From Chitinophagales bacterium (lineage in GTDB: Bacteria > Bacteroidota > Bacteroidia > Chitinophagales > CAIOSU01): DNA of 64,000 nt. The number at the start of each line of letters is the position of its first letter. Within the stretch, counting starts at the first letter, position 1. This document shows, in pieces, positions 45,221-57,000 of the stretch. The notes under the pieces were generated by a model. That model had not been told where the DNA came from and did not search any database. It was given only the letters and a program-made list of their open reading frames with translations. The position numbers and the translations under genes are program-made. The DNA lies in assembly GCA_034440455.1 (NCBI GenBank), contig JAWXCB010000031.1:5157-69156 (forward strand), in the 5' to 3' direction.

Positions 45221-46135
45221 TCACTCCCTGCTCACTTTAAAGAGAAATTCTTTTTCTTCTTTTGAAAGGCTGTCATAACCCGAATGTTTTATCTTATCCA
45301 GAATCTCATCTACGCGCTGCTGCTGGTCTCCGGAAAAATCCGCAGGGCGTGATTTTTTCGGCTGGCGGGTTTCTGTTTTATACACCACGCGCGGCTGTTT
45401 GCGCTTCGTGAATAAATTCGCAATCCAATCTAAAAAATTATTGAACGGCTTTGACCAATCATGTCCCACTTGCAGTTGCTTAATAAAAATGTAGCCGAAC
45501 AACATACCGCCCAAATGCGCGATATGACCACCGCTGTTGGGGTCGGGAATGCTCACCAAATCGAGAATCACTAAGAACAGCGCAATGAATTTAATGCGCA
45601 CCGCACCGAAAAAAAATAGAAACACAGTATAATCAGGAACCAATGTTGCAGCAGCAACTACAATCGCCATCACGCCTGCCGATGCGCCCAATGCTTTCAC
45701 ATAAGGCAAATCGGGATTCAGCCCGGGAAAAATGTTGTAAGCAATTATCAGCAACACTGCCCCTGCAAGACCGCCATAGATATACAACGGCAATATTTTT
45801 TTATTGCCGACAAACTCCTGAATGATTCTGCCAAACCAATAGAGCCAGAGCATGTTGAACAGCAAATGAAAAATCTGGTAGTGGGTGAACATGTGCGTAA
45901 GCAGCGTCCACGGACGCTTCAGTAAATCCATCGTATCAGCAGGCAGCATTATCCAACTGAGCATGTTTCCGGTAACGGTTTCAGAGATGCTGCGGTCGGG
46001 ATTCGAGAGAAAAATAATTACGTTGACAATATTGAGTAGGAGAAAGACAACAACATTAATAATGATAATCCTGCTGATGATGCTGTTGTTAAACTCGCTT
46101 TTAATATCCTGCCAGATAGAAGTGTTGCCGTACAT
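45221..46135 (-). CDS. Rhomboid-family intramembrane serine protease
   Basis: GASAGVMAIV (GxSxG) and AHLGGMLFGY motifs in TM helices. Basic C-terminal tail. Confidence 0.85.
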   Translation of the reverse strand: MYGNTSIWQDIKSEFNNSIISRIIIINVVVFLLLNIVNVIIFLSNPDRSISETVTGNMLSWIMLPADTMDLLKRPWTLLTHMFTHYQIFHLLFNMLWLYWFGRIIQEFVGNKKILPLYIYGGLAGAVLLIIAYNIFPGLNPDLPYVKALGASAGVMAIVVAAATLVPDYTVFLFFFGAVRIKFIALFLVILDLVSIPDPNSGGHIAHLGGMLFGYIFIKQLQVGHDWSKPFNNFLDWIANLFTKRKQPRVVYKTETRQPKKSRPADFSGDQQQRVDEILDKIKHSGYDSLSKEEKEFLFKVSRE

Positions 46136-46165
46136 TACTAATTGTGTGGTTGAAACGAAACGCAG

Positions 46166-46831
46166 TTAATAAAAGTTATTTCGCTGCCTACTCCAGATTT
46201 TCAACAGAATAAATCCGAACAACATACCTCCGAGATGCGCGAAGTGCGCGATGTTGCTGCCGCCATGAAAACTGCTGATGCCTGCATACAATTCAAACAG
46301 CGCATAAAAGAACACAAAAAACTTTGCGCGAATCGGGATGGGTGGAAACAGCAGCATGAGTTGCGTATTCGGAAATACCATTCCAAATGCGAGCAACACG
46401 CCAAACACTGCGCCTGATGCGCCCACCGTTGGAATATTCCACATCATCATCGCTTCTTCCTGCGTTGCAATGTAGTTGATGTCGGCATATGTAACGAATG
46501 AATGCATCACGGCTGCGCCAAGTCCGCAGAAGAAATAGAAAAATAGAAATCGCTTCGGTCCCCACAGGTTTTCGAGGCGGCTGCCAAACATCCATAGCGC
46601 AAACATATTCGAGAGAATATGCAGAAAGCTGCCGTGCATGAACATGTGCGTTACAAACTGGTAAGGATGAAAGTAATCGGAGCCGATATAGAAGAGTCCG
46701 AATTTTCTGGTCAGGTCGACTCCGTAACTTCCTGCAACTAATGTCGCAACAAATAGCAGCACATTTAGAATCAGCAGGTTTTTTACAACGTGCGGCAGAA
46801 TATTAAAACTTGTAGGGCGGTAATCGTTCAT
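46166..46831 (-). CDS. Rhomboid-family intramembrane serine protease
   Basis: GASGAVFGVLLAF and AHLGGMLFGF motifs. Six TM helices. Confidence 0.85.
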   Translation of the reverse strand: MNDYRPTSFNILPHVVKNLLILNVLLFVATLVAGSYGVDLTRKFGLFYIGSDYFHPYQFVTHMFMHGSFLHILSNMFALWMFGSRLENLWGPKRFLFFYFFCGLGAAVMHSFVTYADINYIATQEEAMMMWNIPTVGASGAVFGVLLAFGMVFPNTQLMLLFPPIPIRAKFFVFFYALFELYAGISSFHGGSNIAHFAHLGGMLFGFILLKIWSRQRNNFY

Positions 46832-46861
46832 TAAAAGGAGTGTTGCAACAAATACAAGGGA

Positions 46862-48682
46862 TTATTTCTGCGTAAAGCGTTTTTCCAACTCTTCAAAATC
46901 AAAAGTAAGAAACGTATTTCGCTTGTTGGGGGCGATATAAGGTTGCTCGCAGGCGAAGAGTTCATCAATCAGCGTTTGCATTTCTTTCACGCTCAGTTGC
47001 TTGCCCGCTTTGATGCTCGCCTGCTGCGCGAGCGAGCGTGCAAGCCCCTGCCGTCTGTCAAGGCGCAGTACATCGAGGTTGTTCTTATAATTTTCGAGTA
47101 GCCGTTCCAGCATCTCCTGTTCATCGCCTTCTTCAATATCGGAAGGCAACCCATGCACTACAAACGCATCGCTGCCGAATTCCTGCACATCAAAACCGAG
47201 CGCGTTGATTTCTGGAAGAATTTGTCGCAGCAACATTGCATCATCAGGCGAAAAATTTACCGTTTTTGGAAACAACTGTTTCTGACTACCCTGCACATGC
47301 TGATTAAGCGAGCGTAAATATTTCTCAAACAAAATGCGCTCGTGCGCAGCCTGTTGGTCAATCACGATAAAACCAGATTTGATTTGCGAAAGAATAAAAC
47401 GGTTGTGAATCTGTATGGGCTGCGTTTGCGCTTTCTGCAAAATTTCTTCCTCCTCCGTTTCCGGTAGCGACAGGCGGCTTAACACCGTTACTTCTTCATC
47501 AGGCTTCATCGCCACTTCATACAATTGCTCCCAACCTGCGGTGGAAGGTTTTTCACTTTTTGGATAAAAATCTTTTCGCGGAGCAGATTCAATTGGGGCA
47601 GTTGGCGGAGTGAAATTTCTTTCTTGCCGCAACCGCTGCGCATGCAGTTGATTGAAACTGTCTTCCTGGTCGAAGTCAAGGGTGGGCGTTACGCTGTATT
47701 TCGCCAGCGCGTGACGCACGGCAGCGCGCACAAAGCCATACACCAATTTATCATCCTCAAATTTTATTTCCTGCTTTGTCGGATGCACGTTGATGTCAAT
47801 GCTTGCGGGGTCAATGTCAATGAATAACACAAAAAACGGATAGCTGTTTTCGGGCAGCAAGTCATCATAGTTCACAAACACCGCGTGGTTCAGATAGTTG
47901 TTGCGGATGAAGCGGTTGTTGACGAAAAAATATTGCTCGCCTCTTGTCTTCCTTGCAAAGTCAGGCTTGCCGACAAACCCCGTGATTTTCACAATGCCCG
48001 ATTGCTCGTTCACCGGCACCAACCGCTCGTTGTGGCTACTGCCAAATACGGAAGTGATGCGCTGGCGCAGGTTGCCCGGCTTGAGGTGAAAAATCTCGAT
48101 GTCGTTATTGAATGCTGAAAAGAAAATATCGGGATGCGCGAGCGCGATGCGCTGAAACTCTTCAAGGATGTGGCGCATCTCCACGGGATTCGAGCGCAGA
48201 AAATTCCTGCGCACGGGAACATTGTAAAACAAATTCTTCACGCTGATGCTCGTGCCCGCAGTCGTTTGGCAAGGCTCCTGCGACTTCACTTCCGTGCCTT
48301 CAATTAAAATCGCTGTTCCGATTTCATCTTCCTGTCTGCGCGTTTTCAGTTCCACCTGCGCCACTGCGGCAACAGACGCTAATGCCTCTCCGCGAAATCC
48401 TTTCGTGCGAATCGCAAACAAATCATCTACCGAACTGATTTTGGAAGTGGCGTGTCGTTCAAAACTCATGCGGGCATCTGTTTCCGACATGCCGCATCCG
48501 TTGTCCACCACTTGCAGCAAAGTTTTCCCCGCGTCTTTTACAATCAGCGTCACAGAGGTGCTACCTGCATCAATCGAATTTTCAACCAACTCCTTCACAG
48601 CCGATGCCGGGCGCTGAATGACCTCACCGGCAGCAATCTGGTTGGCAATGGCATCAGGAAGAAGGTGGATAATGTCGGACAT
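46862..48682 (-). CDS. mutL: DNA mismatch repair protein MutL
   Basis: GHKL ATPase N-terminus IANQIAAGEVIQRPASAVKELVENSIDAG and DNGCGM. Length 606 aa. Confidence 0.95.
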   Translation of the reverse strand: MSDIIHLLPDAIANQIAAGEVIQRPASAVKELVENSIDAGSTSVTLIVKDAGKTLLQVVDNGCGMSETDARMSFERHATSKISSVDDLFAIRTKGFRGEALASVAAVAQVELKTRRQEDEIGTAILIEGTEVKSQEPCQTTAGTSISVKNLFYNVPVRRNFLRSNPVEMRHILEEFQRIALAHPDIFFSAFNNDIEIFHLKPGNLRQRITSVFGSSHNERLVPVNEQSGIVKITGFVGKPDFARKTRGEQYFFVNNRFIRNNYLNHAVFVNYDDLLPENSYPFFVLFIDIDPASIDINVHPTKQEIKFEDDKLVYGFVRAAVRHALAKYSVTPTLDFDQEDSFNQLHAQRLRQERNFTPPTAPIESAPRKDFYPKSEKPSTAGWEQLYEVAMKPDEEVTVLSRLSLPETEEEEILQKAQTQPIQIHNRFILSQIKSGFIVIDQQAAHERILFEKYLRSLNQHVQGSQKQLFPKTVNFSPDDAMLLRQILPEINALGFDVQEFGSDAFVVHGLPSDIEEGDEQEMLERLLENYKNNLDVLRLDRRQGLARSLAQQASIKAGKQLSVKEMQTLIDELFACEQPYIAPNKRNTFLTFDFEELEKRFTQK

Positions 48683-48748
48683 GGGAAAAGGAGGGTAAAG
48701 TTACCAATATCCGAATATTCATTAGCAATGCTAACCCTTGATGGATAT

Positions 48749-49213
48749 TCAGTCCGCCAGCACTTCCAACACCTGCTTTGCTGAATCCGCAGTATCTACC
48801 TTGGTGATGATTTTTTCAATCTTTCCTGTTTCTGAAATAATGAACGTGGTGCGGTTGGTGCCCATGTATTCTTTGCCCATGAATTTCTTTTCACCCCAAA
48901 CGCCATAGTCAAGCACGATATGCTTATCCTCATCGGCAAGCAAGGTGAAGGGCAACTCGTATTTGTCAATGAATTTCTGGTGGGATTTTTCGTTGTCGGT
49001 GCTTACACCAAGCACGATAAAGCCTTTCTTTTTCAGCATTGCATAATTATCGCGGAAGTTGCAGGCTTCTTTTGTGCAGCCCGGAGTGTCATCTTTCGGG
49101 TAGAAGTAGAGAATCACTTTCTTTCCTTTAAAATCAGCAAGAGAAACAATTTTTCCGCTTTGGTCTTTCGCTTTGATTGCCGGGGCTTTGTCGCCTTCTT
49201 TGAGTTTTGTCAT
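48749..49213 (-). CDS. bcp: Thioredoxin-dependent peroxiredoxin (Bcp/PrxQ type)
   Basis: YFYPKDDTPGCTKEAC peroxidatic-Cys motif, 154 aa. Confidence 0.9.
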   Translation of the reverse strand: MTKLKEGDKAPAIKAKDQSGKIVSLADFKGKKVILYFYPKDDTPGCTKEACNFRDNYAMLKKKGFIVLGVSTDNEKSHQKFIDKYELPFTLLADEDKHIVLDYGVWGEKKFMGKEYMGTNRTTFIISETGKIEKIITKVDTADSAKQVLEVLAD

Positions 49214-49226
49214 GTATTAAATTACG

Positions 49227-49264
49227 AGCCGCAAGTTACAAGTTGCAAGCCACAAGCCGAAATC
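49227..49264. repeat. Heptamer-phased array E (AGY-N4 x5 on plus strand)
   Basis: AGCcgca AGTtaca AGTtgca AGCcaca AGCcgaa ATC. On the transcribed (minus) strand this reads GCTtgtg GCTtgca ACTtgta ACTtgcg GCTcgta and runs to within 10 nt of the bcp start. Confidence 0.7.
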
Positions 49265-49303
49265 TGCATTCTCTGCTTGCAGCTTTAGGCTAATAGCTTA
49301 CCG

Positions 49304-51058
49304 CTATTTCACAAATTTCGCCTGATAAGACGATTCATTGCCAACGTAATCAGTCGCTTTAAATGCGAAAGTGTGCTCACCCGGTTCAGTGCGCCAGTCG
49401 AAAAAATACGTGAGCAAATCATTTTTCTCGTCATACTCCATCAACACCCATTTGCCGTCCACTTCTCCCCTATAGGTTTTTAACCCCGCGATTTCATCGG
49501 TTACTTTTATTTGAATGGATGAAAGACCCGTCATGGTTTTGTTATTGTAAATATTCTGCGGTGTGATTTTTGGAGGAACGGTGTCAACGAGCGCGTAGTA
49601 TTTTCCAAAGTCGCGTGTTTTCGCTTTCAGAAAATCTCCATCCCACGAAGTTTCTTTCGACTCGATTTTCTGTCCTTTCGTTTCGCGCACAATCATGAAT
49701 TTGCTTTTCAGATTCTCCTGAATCCATGCGGGTTTAATAGCAAGCGTGAAATTCAAATGTGCGGGTTCTTCCTCGGTGTGGATGCGGTAAACAGCAGAAT
49801 ATGTTTTCCCCAACTGCGCTTCGCTGAGTTTTTCATAATTAAAATAGAGCGAATCATAGCAGGCATTTTTCGGGAGAAAAACTTTCACTTCATTATTTTG
49901 AAAAACATTGTCAACGCGAAAATCAAATAAGGTGTCGTAAGTCAGCGAAGAAAAATCAGGCAGCGGAACAGTCGCATCGTAGCGCATGAAAAAACTCAGC
50001 GTTGAAGTGTTACCGTTAAAATCTTTCGCAGTAATCGTGATTTCTTTTGCGATGAAATCGAGTTGCACAACTCCGTTGTTTTGCAGCTTGTCATAAAAGC
50101 TAAAGTAATCTCCGGGCAGTTTATACAGGCGATGCACCTTGATGTCGTTGCGCTGATTTTGCCGGTAATCATTATGCGCAAGCGCGTAGCGTGTTTCGTC
50201 AAATGAAAGCCTGTCCATCACAAAGCGGTAAAACTCGTTGCCATCCATGCTTGCGGTGAGTTCATAGACTCCGTTTTTCCCTCCCACTCCATTACCATCA
50301 AGTGTGTTGATGCCGAAGTTTACGTTTTGAAAACCTACTGTAAGCGTGTCTTTGCTCAACGCATATCCTGTGGTGCGCTTCACGATTTTTTCCCGCTGCG
50401 GAAACAGACGCGCTTTGCTGTCATTTGCTTTGTAAATCAGCAAATCATTCATCACAGGCGCGGTGTTATCGGTGATAGGTGCAAGAAACGCAAGCGGATT
50501 CAGAGGATGTTCAGTTTTACTGTCGCGTATTTCAAAATGCAGATGCGGAGCAAACGAACGACCGGAGTTTCCGGACAGCGCAATCACTTCGCCTTTCTCA
50601 ACGGTGATGGTTCCTGCCGAAAAATATTCATCTACTTCAAAGCTCTCTTTCGTGTATTGCAGCTTGCGGATTTGCTTTTCAATCTTGTCGCTGAATTTTT
50701 GCAAATGCGCATACACGGAAGTGTGCCCGTTGGGATGTTCGATGTAGAGCGCTTTGCCGTAACCGTTTTTTGAAATTTTAATGCGCACAACATGACCGCT
50801 TTCGATAGCATACACGGGCAGCCCTTCTTTTCCATTTGTGCGAATATCAATGCCCGCATGAAAATGCGAGCCGCGTAATTCACAAAATGTTCCTGCAAGC
50901 GTAACCGGAATATCAAGCGGGGAGCGGTATTTCACCGAATCGGAATGGGCGCTTACGCTGAGTGAGCAAAGTATCAGGATAAATGGGAGAAAGTTGCGGG
51001 TTACAAAACTGTGGACTGTGGACTGTAGACTGTGGACTTTTCTATTGACTTTTATCAC
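49304..51058 (-). CDS. M23-family (LytM-type) metallopeptidase with long C-terminal extension
   Basis: HFHAGIDI (HxxxD) and APHLHFEI (HxH) motifs. Signal peptide FLPFILILCSLSVSAHS. The tracked start is a GTG at 51058. Confidence 0.85.
   Translation of the reverse strand: MIKVNRKVHSLQSTVHSFVTRNFLPFILILCSLSVSAHSDSVKYRSPLDIPVTLAGTFCELRGSHFHAGIDIRTNGKEGLPVYAIESGHVVRIKISKNGYGKALYIEHPNGHTSVYAHLQKFSDKIEKQIRKLQYTKESFEVDEYFSAGTITVEKGEVIALSGNSGRSFAPHLHFEIRDSKTEHPLNPLAFLAPITDNTAPVMNDLLIYKANDSKARLFPQREKIVKRTTGYALSKDTLTVGFQNVNFGINTLDGNGVGGKNGVYELTASMDGNEFYRFVMDRLSFDETRYALAHNDYRQNQRNDIKVHRLYKLPGDYFSFYDKLQNNGVVQLDFIAKEITITAKDFNGNTSTLSFFMRYDATVPLPDFSSLTYDTLFDFRVDNVFQNNEVKVFLPKNACYDSLYFNYEKLSEAQLGKTYSAVYRIHTEEEPAHLNFTLAIKPAWIQENLKSKFMIVRETKGQKIESKETSWDGDFLKAKTRDFGKYYALVDTVPPKITPQNIYNNKTMTGLSSIQIKVTDEIAGLKTYRGEVDGKWVLMEYDEKNDLLTYFFDWRTEPGEHTFAFKATDYVGNESSYQAKFVK
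51008..51038. repeat. Heptamer-phased array F (ACTGTGG x4.4) inside the 5' end of the M23 ORF
   Basis: ACTgtgg ACTgtgg ACTgtag ACTgtgg ACT. In mRNA sense this is CCACAGT units, translated as KVHSLQSTVHS. Confidence 0.8.
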
Positions 51059-51087
51059 ACCGGCTAAATTACCAAAGCCGTGCTAAC

Positions 51088-54000
51088 CTATGGCTTCACA
51101 ACCTTCAGCGATTTACTTATCCCGCTTTCGTTTTGCAAACGGAAAACATACAATCCTGCCGCCCACTCTGAAATGTCAATTTGTTTTTCACGCGCAAAAT
51201 AGGCGGAGAATAACTTGCGTCCGTCTGTTGCGATTACTTCCACTTTCAGCAAACCGGTAAAATTTGTTTGAATAGAAACAACAGAAGAAGCAGGATTTGG
51301 GAAGATTTCAATTTCCGTATCCGCAATATCGGCTCTGACATTCACCGTATTGAAATTAAAGTTGGCAGACACGCCTGTGCATCCGTTGAAACCGGTTACC
51401 TCAACTGTGTAAACACCGGGCTGCAAAGGAATATGAACAGGACCAATGGCTCCGAAAATTTCAACGCCATTCAGATACCATTGGTAATCCGCAAATCCAA
51501 AGCTCGTTTCAAGCGTCATGAAGTTTTGTGTGATGATGAGCGCAGGCGCGGCATTGTACGTGAAGTTCACCGTCACCACGCTGTCGCAGCCGGATGCTGA
51601 TGTGCGGGTTGTGTTGTAAGCTCCCGATTGCGAAAGCGTCTGTCCGTTGAAATCGTAAGTGCCGCAATGATTGCTGACGGTAAGCGTACTTGTAATCGGA
51701 TTGCGCACGGTGAGCGTGAGCGTAATCACACTGTCACAGCCTACGGCATTGGCGAGCGTTTGGTTGTATTGCCCGCTTGTTGTGAGCGTTTGTCCGTTGA
51801 ATGGATAGCTTGCCCCCGCGCAAATCGTTTCACTGATTTGCGCTGATGAAGTGGCGTTCATAACGACTGTGATGTTGTTTGTTGAATTCACACTGCCGCA
51901 GCCGTTGCTTAACTCAATCGTGTAAGTGCCGCTTTGGGTGACGGTAAATGTGTTTGAATTTGTTCCTATATTATTCGCACCATTTTTCCATTGATAATCT
52001 GCTCCGCTCTGCGCAGGAACGCTTAACTCCACGCTGTTGCCTGCACAGATAGTCGTTGCGCCATTTGCCGAAATCGTTGGCGTAGCAAGCGCACCGCTTG
52101 TCACGGTAACAGTGATTGAATTAGATGAAGCGACCGTGCCGCAGTTGTTTGTCAACTCAATCGTATAAATTCCGGCTTGTGTTGCCGTAAATGTATTGGA
52201 GTTCGCGCCAATAGGAGTTGTTCCTTCTTTCCATTGGTAGGTTACACCGCTTTGTGCAGAAATATTCAGTTGAACATTTCCTCCTGTGCAGATTGCTGTT
52301 GGTCCGTTTGCAGTGATAGTGGGAATAGCGGGTGCGCTGCCCGAAATCGTAACCGTGATGGAATTCACGCTGTTCGCGCTGCCGCAGCCGTTGCTCACCA
52401 CAACGGTATATGCGCCAGCCTGCGTTGCCGTGAAAACATTTGAATTCGTGCCGACATTATTTGCGCCTTGTTTCCACTGATACGTTGCGCCCGTTTCCAT
52501 CGGAACACTCAATTCCACATCATTGCCTGCGCAGAAAGTGGTTGCGCCATTCGCAGTAATCGTTGGCGCTGATGGCGCACCGCCCGTAATCGTGACGGTG
52601 ATGCTGTTGGACGATGTGGCGCTGCCGCAACTGTTGGTTAATTCAATCGTGTAGGTTCCTGCTTGCGTAGCAGTGTAGGTATTTGAATTTGTTCCCACAT
52701 TATTCGCGCCTTCCTTCCATTGATACGTACCTCCTGTTTGTGACGACACGCTCAGTTCGATGCTGCCGCCCGTGCAGATTGCAGTAGGTCCGCTGGCAGT
52801 AATGGAGGGAACGGTAGGTGCGCTGCCGGAAATCGTTACAGTGATGCTGTTGGAAGAAACAGTGGTGCCGCAGTTATTTGTCAACTCAACGGTATAGGTT
52901 CCCGCCAGTGTTGCCGTGTAGGTATTTGAATTTGTGCCGACACTGTTGCTGCCGTTTTTCCATTGATAAGTAACACCTGACTGCGTTGGAATACTGAGTT
53001 CAACGCTATTACCCGAACAGAATGTCGTAGCGCCATTCGCGGTAATCGTTGGCGCTGCGGGCGCACTGCCTGAAATCGCAACGGTGATGGAATTGGATGA
53101 AGTCGCGTTGCCGCAACTATTGCTCAACTCTACTGTGTAAGTTCCTGCTTGTGTCGCGGTGTAGGTGTTGGAATTTGTGCCGACATCATTCGCTCCATTT
53201 TTCCATTGATAATTCATCCCGCTTTGAACGGACACGCTCAACTCCACGCTTCCGCCAGAACAGAAAGTAGTAGCGCCATTGGTAGCAATGGTGGGCGCAA
53301 CGGGTGCGAAGTTCACAGTTACCGTGATGCTGTTTGCTGAAGTCGCGCTGCCGCAACCGTTGGTTACAACCACCGTGTAAGTTCCCGCTTGCGTTGCCGT
53401 GTAACTTTCACTGTTCGTGCCGACATTAGCGGAGCCTTGCTTCCATTGATATGTTGCGCCCGCTTGTGTTGGAATACTCAGCGTAACATTTCCTCCGGAA
53501 CAAAATGTTGTAGCGCCATTCGGTGAAATCGTTGGCGCAGTAGGTGAACTGCCGGTGATGCTCACGCTAATCGTATTGCTGCTCGTCACGCTGCCGCAAG
53601 TGTTACTCACCACCACGGTGTAATCACCCGCGACACTTGCGGTGGAAGTGTTGGTGTTGGTGCCGACATTCGTTGCTCCGCGCTTCCATTGATAATTCAT
53701 TCCCGTTTGCGCGGGAATAGAAAGCTGCACGCTGCCGCTTGAACAAAATGAAGTAGGACCTCCTGCTGCAATCGTTGTGGCAACCGGACTTGTAATCGAA
53801 TTGATGGTTACGCTTGCAGTGGAAATAATCGTATCACACGCGCTCGACAGATCCACTTTGTAAACGCCCGATTGCGTGGCGGTGAAACTGTTGCTGTTTG
53901 TGCCGACCGTAATCGTATCATTTAAAATCCATCTGTAATTAATTCCGGTTTGATTCGTGATGGAAAGTATCGCGCTGCCCGTTCCGCTGCAAAAATTTGT

Positions 54001-57000
54001 TGAGCCGTTTACCGAGATGCTGCCCGGCTGCGTGGGTGTTCGCAATATCAAAATAGAATTCGGGCTTGCCGAACCTAACTGCACAGGCTGCGAACTATTC
54101 ACACGAATACGATAGCCGCTGCCTGCCGGTGTGTTGAGTGGAATGGTTGCTGAAATCGTTCCGACTGAATCAGTGGACGCAAGCGTACCGATGTTCACCG
54201 CATTATTAAAATTCCCCAGCGAGTCGCTGAGTTGCGCGGTGTAAACATTGTTCGCATTCACGCTATCATTCAACACAAACGGAACGCTAATCGCACCGTT
54301 CTGACAAACAGGAGAACTCAGCCAATCCGCGTCAATCGGACTTCCCGTGAAACAACTGATGGTAAAATCAAAACCACTGCCGGAGCCTGCGCTCGTATTC
54401 GTGGCGCGAAAACGAAACGTCAAACTCGAACCTGTTGACTGAAATGCCGCAGGCGGAAAATTGAAATTATTGTAGCTGCCGATGAGAGGCGCTGCCGTGC
54501 TTGTGCCGTCATACACATCGAGCCAGTGTCCGCCATTGTTGCCGTTGATGGAAAAACTGTTGCGCGTGGCGCGCACCTGCTGTCCACTGTAAGAAGTGAA
54601 TGTTTTGATATATGTTTCCCCGCTTCCAACAGAATAATTTCCGGTGCTGCCCGGGTCTAAAAATTTTCCTGTGCAAATATTGCGCGTCCCGCTGCTCATC
54701 ACATAAGTTACCTGCGCGGGTGGCGCATTCACGCAGGAAAGAAATCCCTGCCAGCCGGGTTCGGTAGAAGCGTTTGAAACAAATTTGAACGTAAGGCAGG
54801 TTCCGGTTGACGTGAGCGTTTCGATGCGCGAGCCTTCAATGTACATAGCGAGAGGCGATGCGCTTACATCCGCGCCATCAAACACCCACAACGTATCGCC
54901 TGAATCAAAACTTGATTCATTATTGTTAAATGCAAATTGCAACAGTTGTCCGTTTGCCGAACAGAATGTTTGCGTTTTGTTTTGATTGGGTGAAAAGTTA
55001 TTGGCGGGTCCGTTGTCGTCATAAAAAACACCTTCGCAAACGCTGATTAAAGTATCGTGCATGGTAAAAACAGGCAGCACGCTTCCGAAGCAGGAAACTG
55101 TTGCTGCGAAACCCTCGCGCGCGCCCACGCCTGCGCTGGTGTTGTTAGCGTCAAACACAAGGGTAAGATATTCGCCTGACGACTCGATAATCGTAGGCGG
55201 TGCGCAACAGGAGTTGTAGCTGCCGATGCGCGGGTAGGCTGTGCTCGGACCATCATAAATATTCAGCCAGTGTCCGCCATTGTTGAAGTTGATATTGAAT
55301 TGAAAGAAATCCAAACGCAGGCGGCTGCCGTAATAAGAACGCAAGGTCTGCGTGTTGTGTCCGTAGCCGTAGTTGCCCGTTCCAGCGGGGTCGCGCACAA
55401 TGGCGTTGCACGTGGCGCGCAATCCGCTTGAGAGGTTGATGATGTCCTGCGCTCCGGGCGTTGCGCTGCATGTGATGAAGCCCTGCCATCCATGTTCGGT
55501 GGACGCATTCGATTTATAACGGAACGTGAGGCATGTTCCCGCAGCAGTGAGCGGCTCGATGTTGGAACCTTCTATGTAATAGGCTAAAAGAATGTCGGTT
55601 GTATCACCGCCATCATATACCCACAGCGTGTCGTCACTGTCGAACAGGCTAAGGTTGTTATTAAAGTTGAATTTGATTCGTTTTCCGTTGTCAGAGCAGA
55701 ATGTTTGCTTCTGATAGGTGTTGGGAATAAAATCAGCGCTGGGTCCGCCATTGTCATAAAACACTCCGCTGCATGTGGTGACGAGCGTGTCGTTCATCCA
55801 ATATTCCGTGAGCGGTATGCCGAAGCAACTTACCGTTGCGCCAAAGCCCTGCCGCGAACCCACGCCTGCGCTGGTATTGTTTGCATCGAACACCAGCGTG
55901 AGATATTCGCCTGCTGACTCGATAATCGTGGGCGGTGCGCAGCACGAGTTATAACTGCCAATGCGCGGATAAGCAGCGTTCGGTCCGTCATAAATATTCA
56001 GCCAGTGACCGCCATTGTTGAAGTTGATATTGAATTCGAAAAAATCCAAACGCAGCCGCTCGCCATTGCGTGATTTTAGCGTTTGCGTGTTGTTTCCGTA
56101 ACCGTAGTTGCCCGTGCCAGCCGGGTCGCGGATAACGGCATCGCATGTTACGTTGATGCCTGCATTCAATGAAATGGTTTTAGCAACCTCCGGATTTTGA
56201 GAACATTCAAACGTGGCAATCCAACCGGAAGTTTGCGCGCTCGCGTTGCTTTTAAAACGGAAGGTGATGCATGTTCCCGATGACCAAATCACATCGGGCG
56301 TTGAAAATGGAATGTACATGCCGAGCAGATTAGCGCTTGTGGTATTTCCGTCATACGCCCACAGCGTGTCGCCCGTGCCGAGACTGAGCCATGAGAAAGT
56401 GAACTTCAACTTCTCTCCATTGTCGCTGCAAAAGGTTTGCGTGAAGTTTTCATTCACGCTGTAACTCGCGTTTCTTCCACCACTGTCATAGAAGCCGCCA
56501 TTGCAGGCAGTCACTGTCCCGTTTTGCATATTGTATGAATCATAAACTATAACGGTGTCGGCAATCGTGGTGAGGCAGCCGCTGCTATGTGGGACGTTAT
56601 ACAATATAATATGTGTTCCAAGTCCGGCAACGAACGGATTGAATACATTCACTTCCATGCCGTTGCCAGTGAAGTAGCCGCCCGATGGCGTTCCGGTGAG
56701 CGTATTTTCCGCAGCATCCAAATTTGTTACCGCAGGCAATCCCGAAAAGCTGACTATCACTTGATTGCTTGCATTATTAATCGTGATATTTTTTGTCTGT
56801 GAAAAAGCTGCGCATCCGCTTTGAGTAATCGTCAAGGAATAATTTCCTGAATTAGCTGTGGTGACATTCGGAATTACGTTTTGTCTTTGATTGGAAGAAA
56901 AACCATTCGGTCCGCTCCAACTATAAGCAGCGTTGGGAATTGCTGGCGCGCTGAGTTGCAGAAAATTTCCCGCGCAGGGCGTGTTGTTGGCGAAAATAAT

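Noticed and set aside
51859-54036. Regular ~243-bp periodicity that could superficially suggest a CRISPR-like or satellite array
   Set aside because: The period is far longer than a CRISPR repeat-spacer unit. There is no short conserved repeat alternating with unique spacers. The whole region is one open frame encoding nine homologous 81-aa Ig-like domains, and no cas genes are present.
54352-56532. Near-identical internal repeats as a possible diversity-generating retroelement (template/variable repeat pair)
   Set aside because: No reverse transcriptase ORF occurs anywhere in the window. By eye, the differences between copies are spread over all four bases rather than confined to adenines. 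Ordinary tandem domain duplication explains the pattern.
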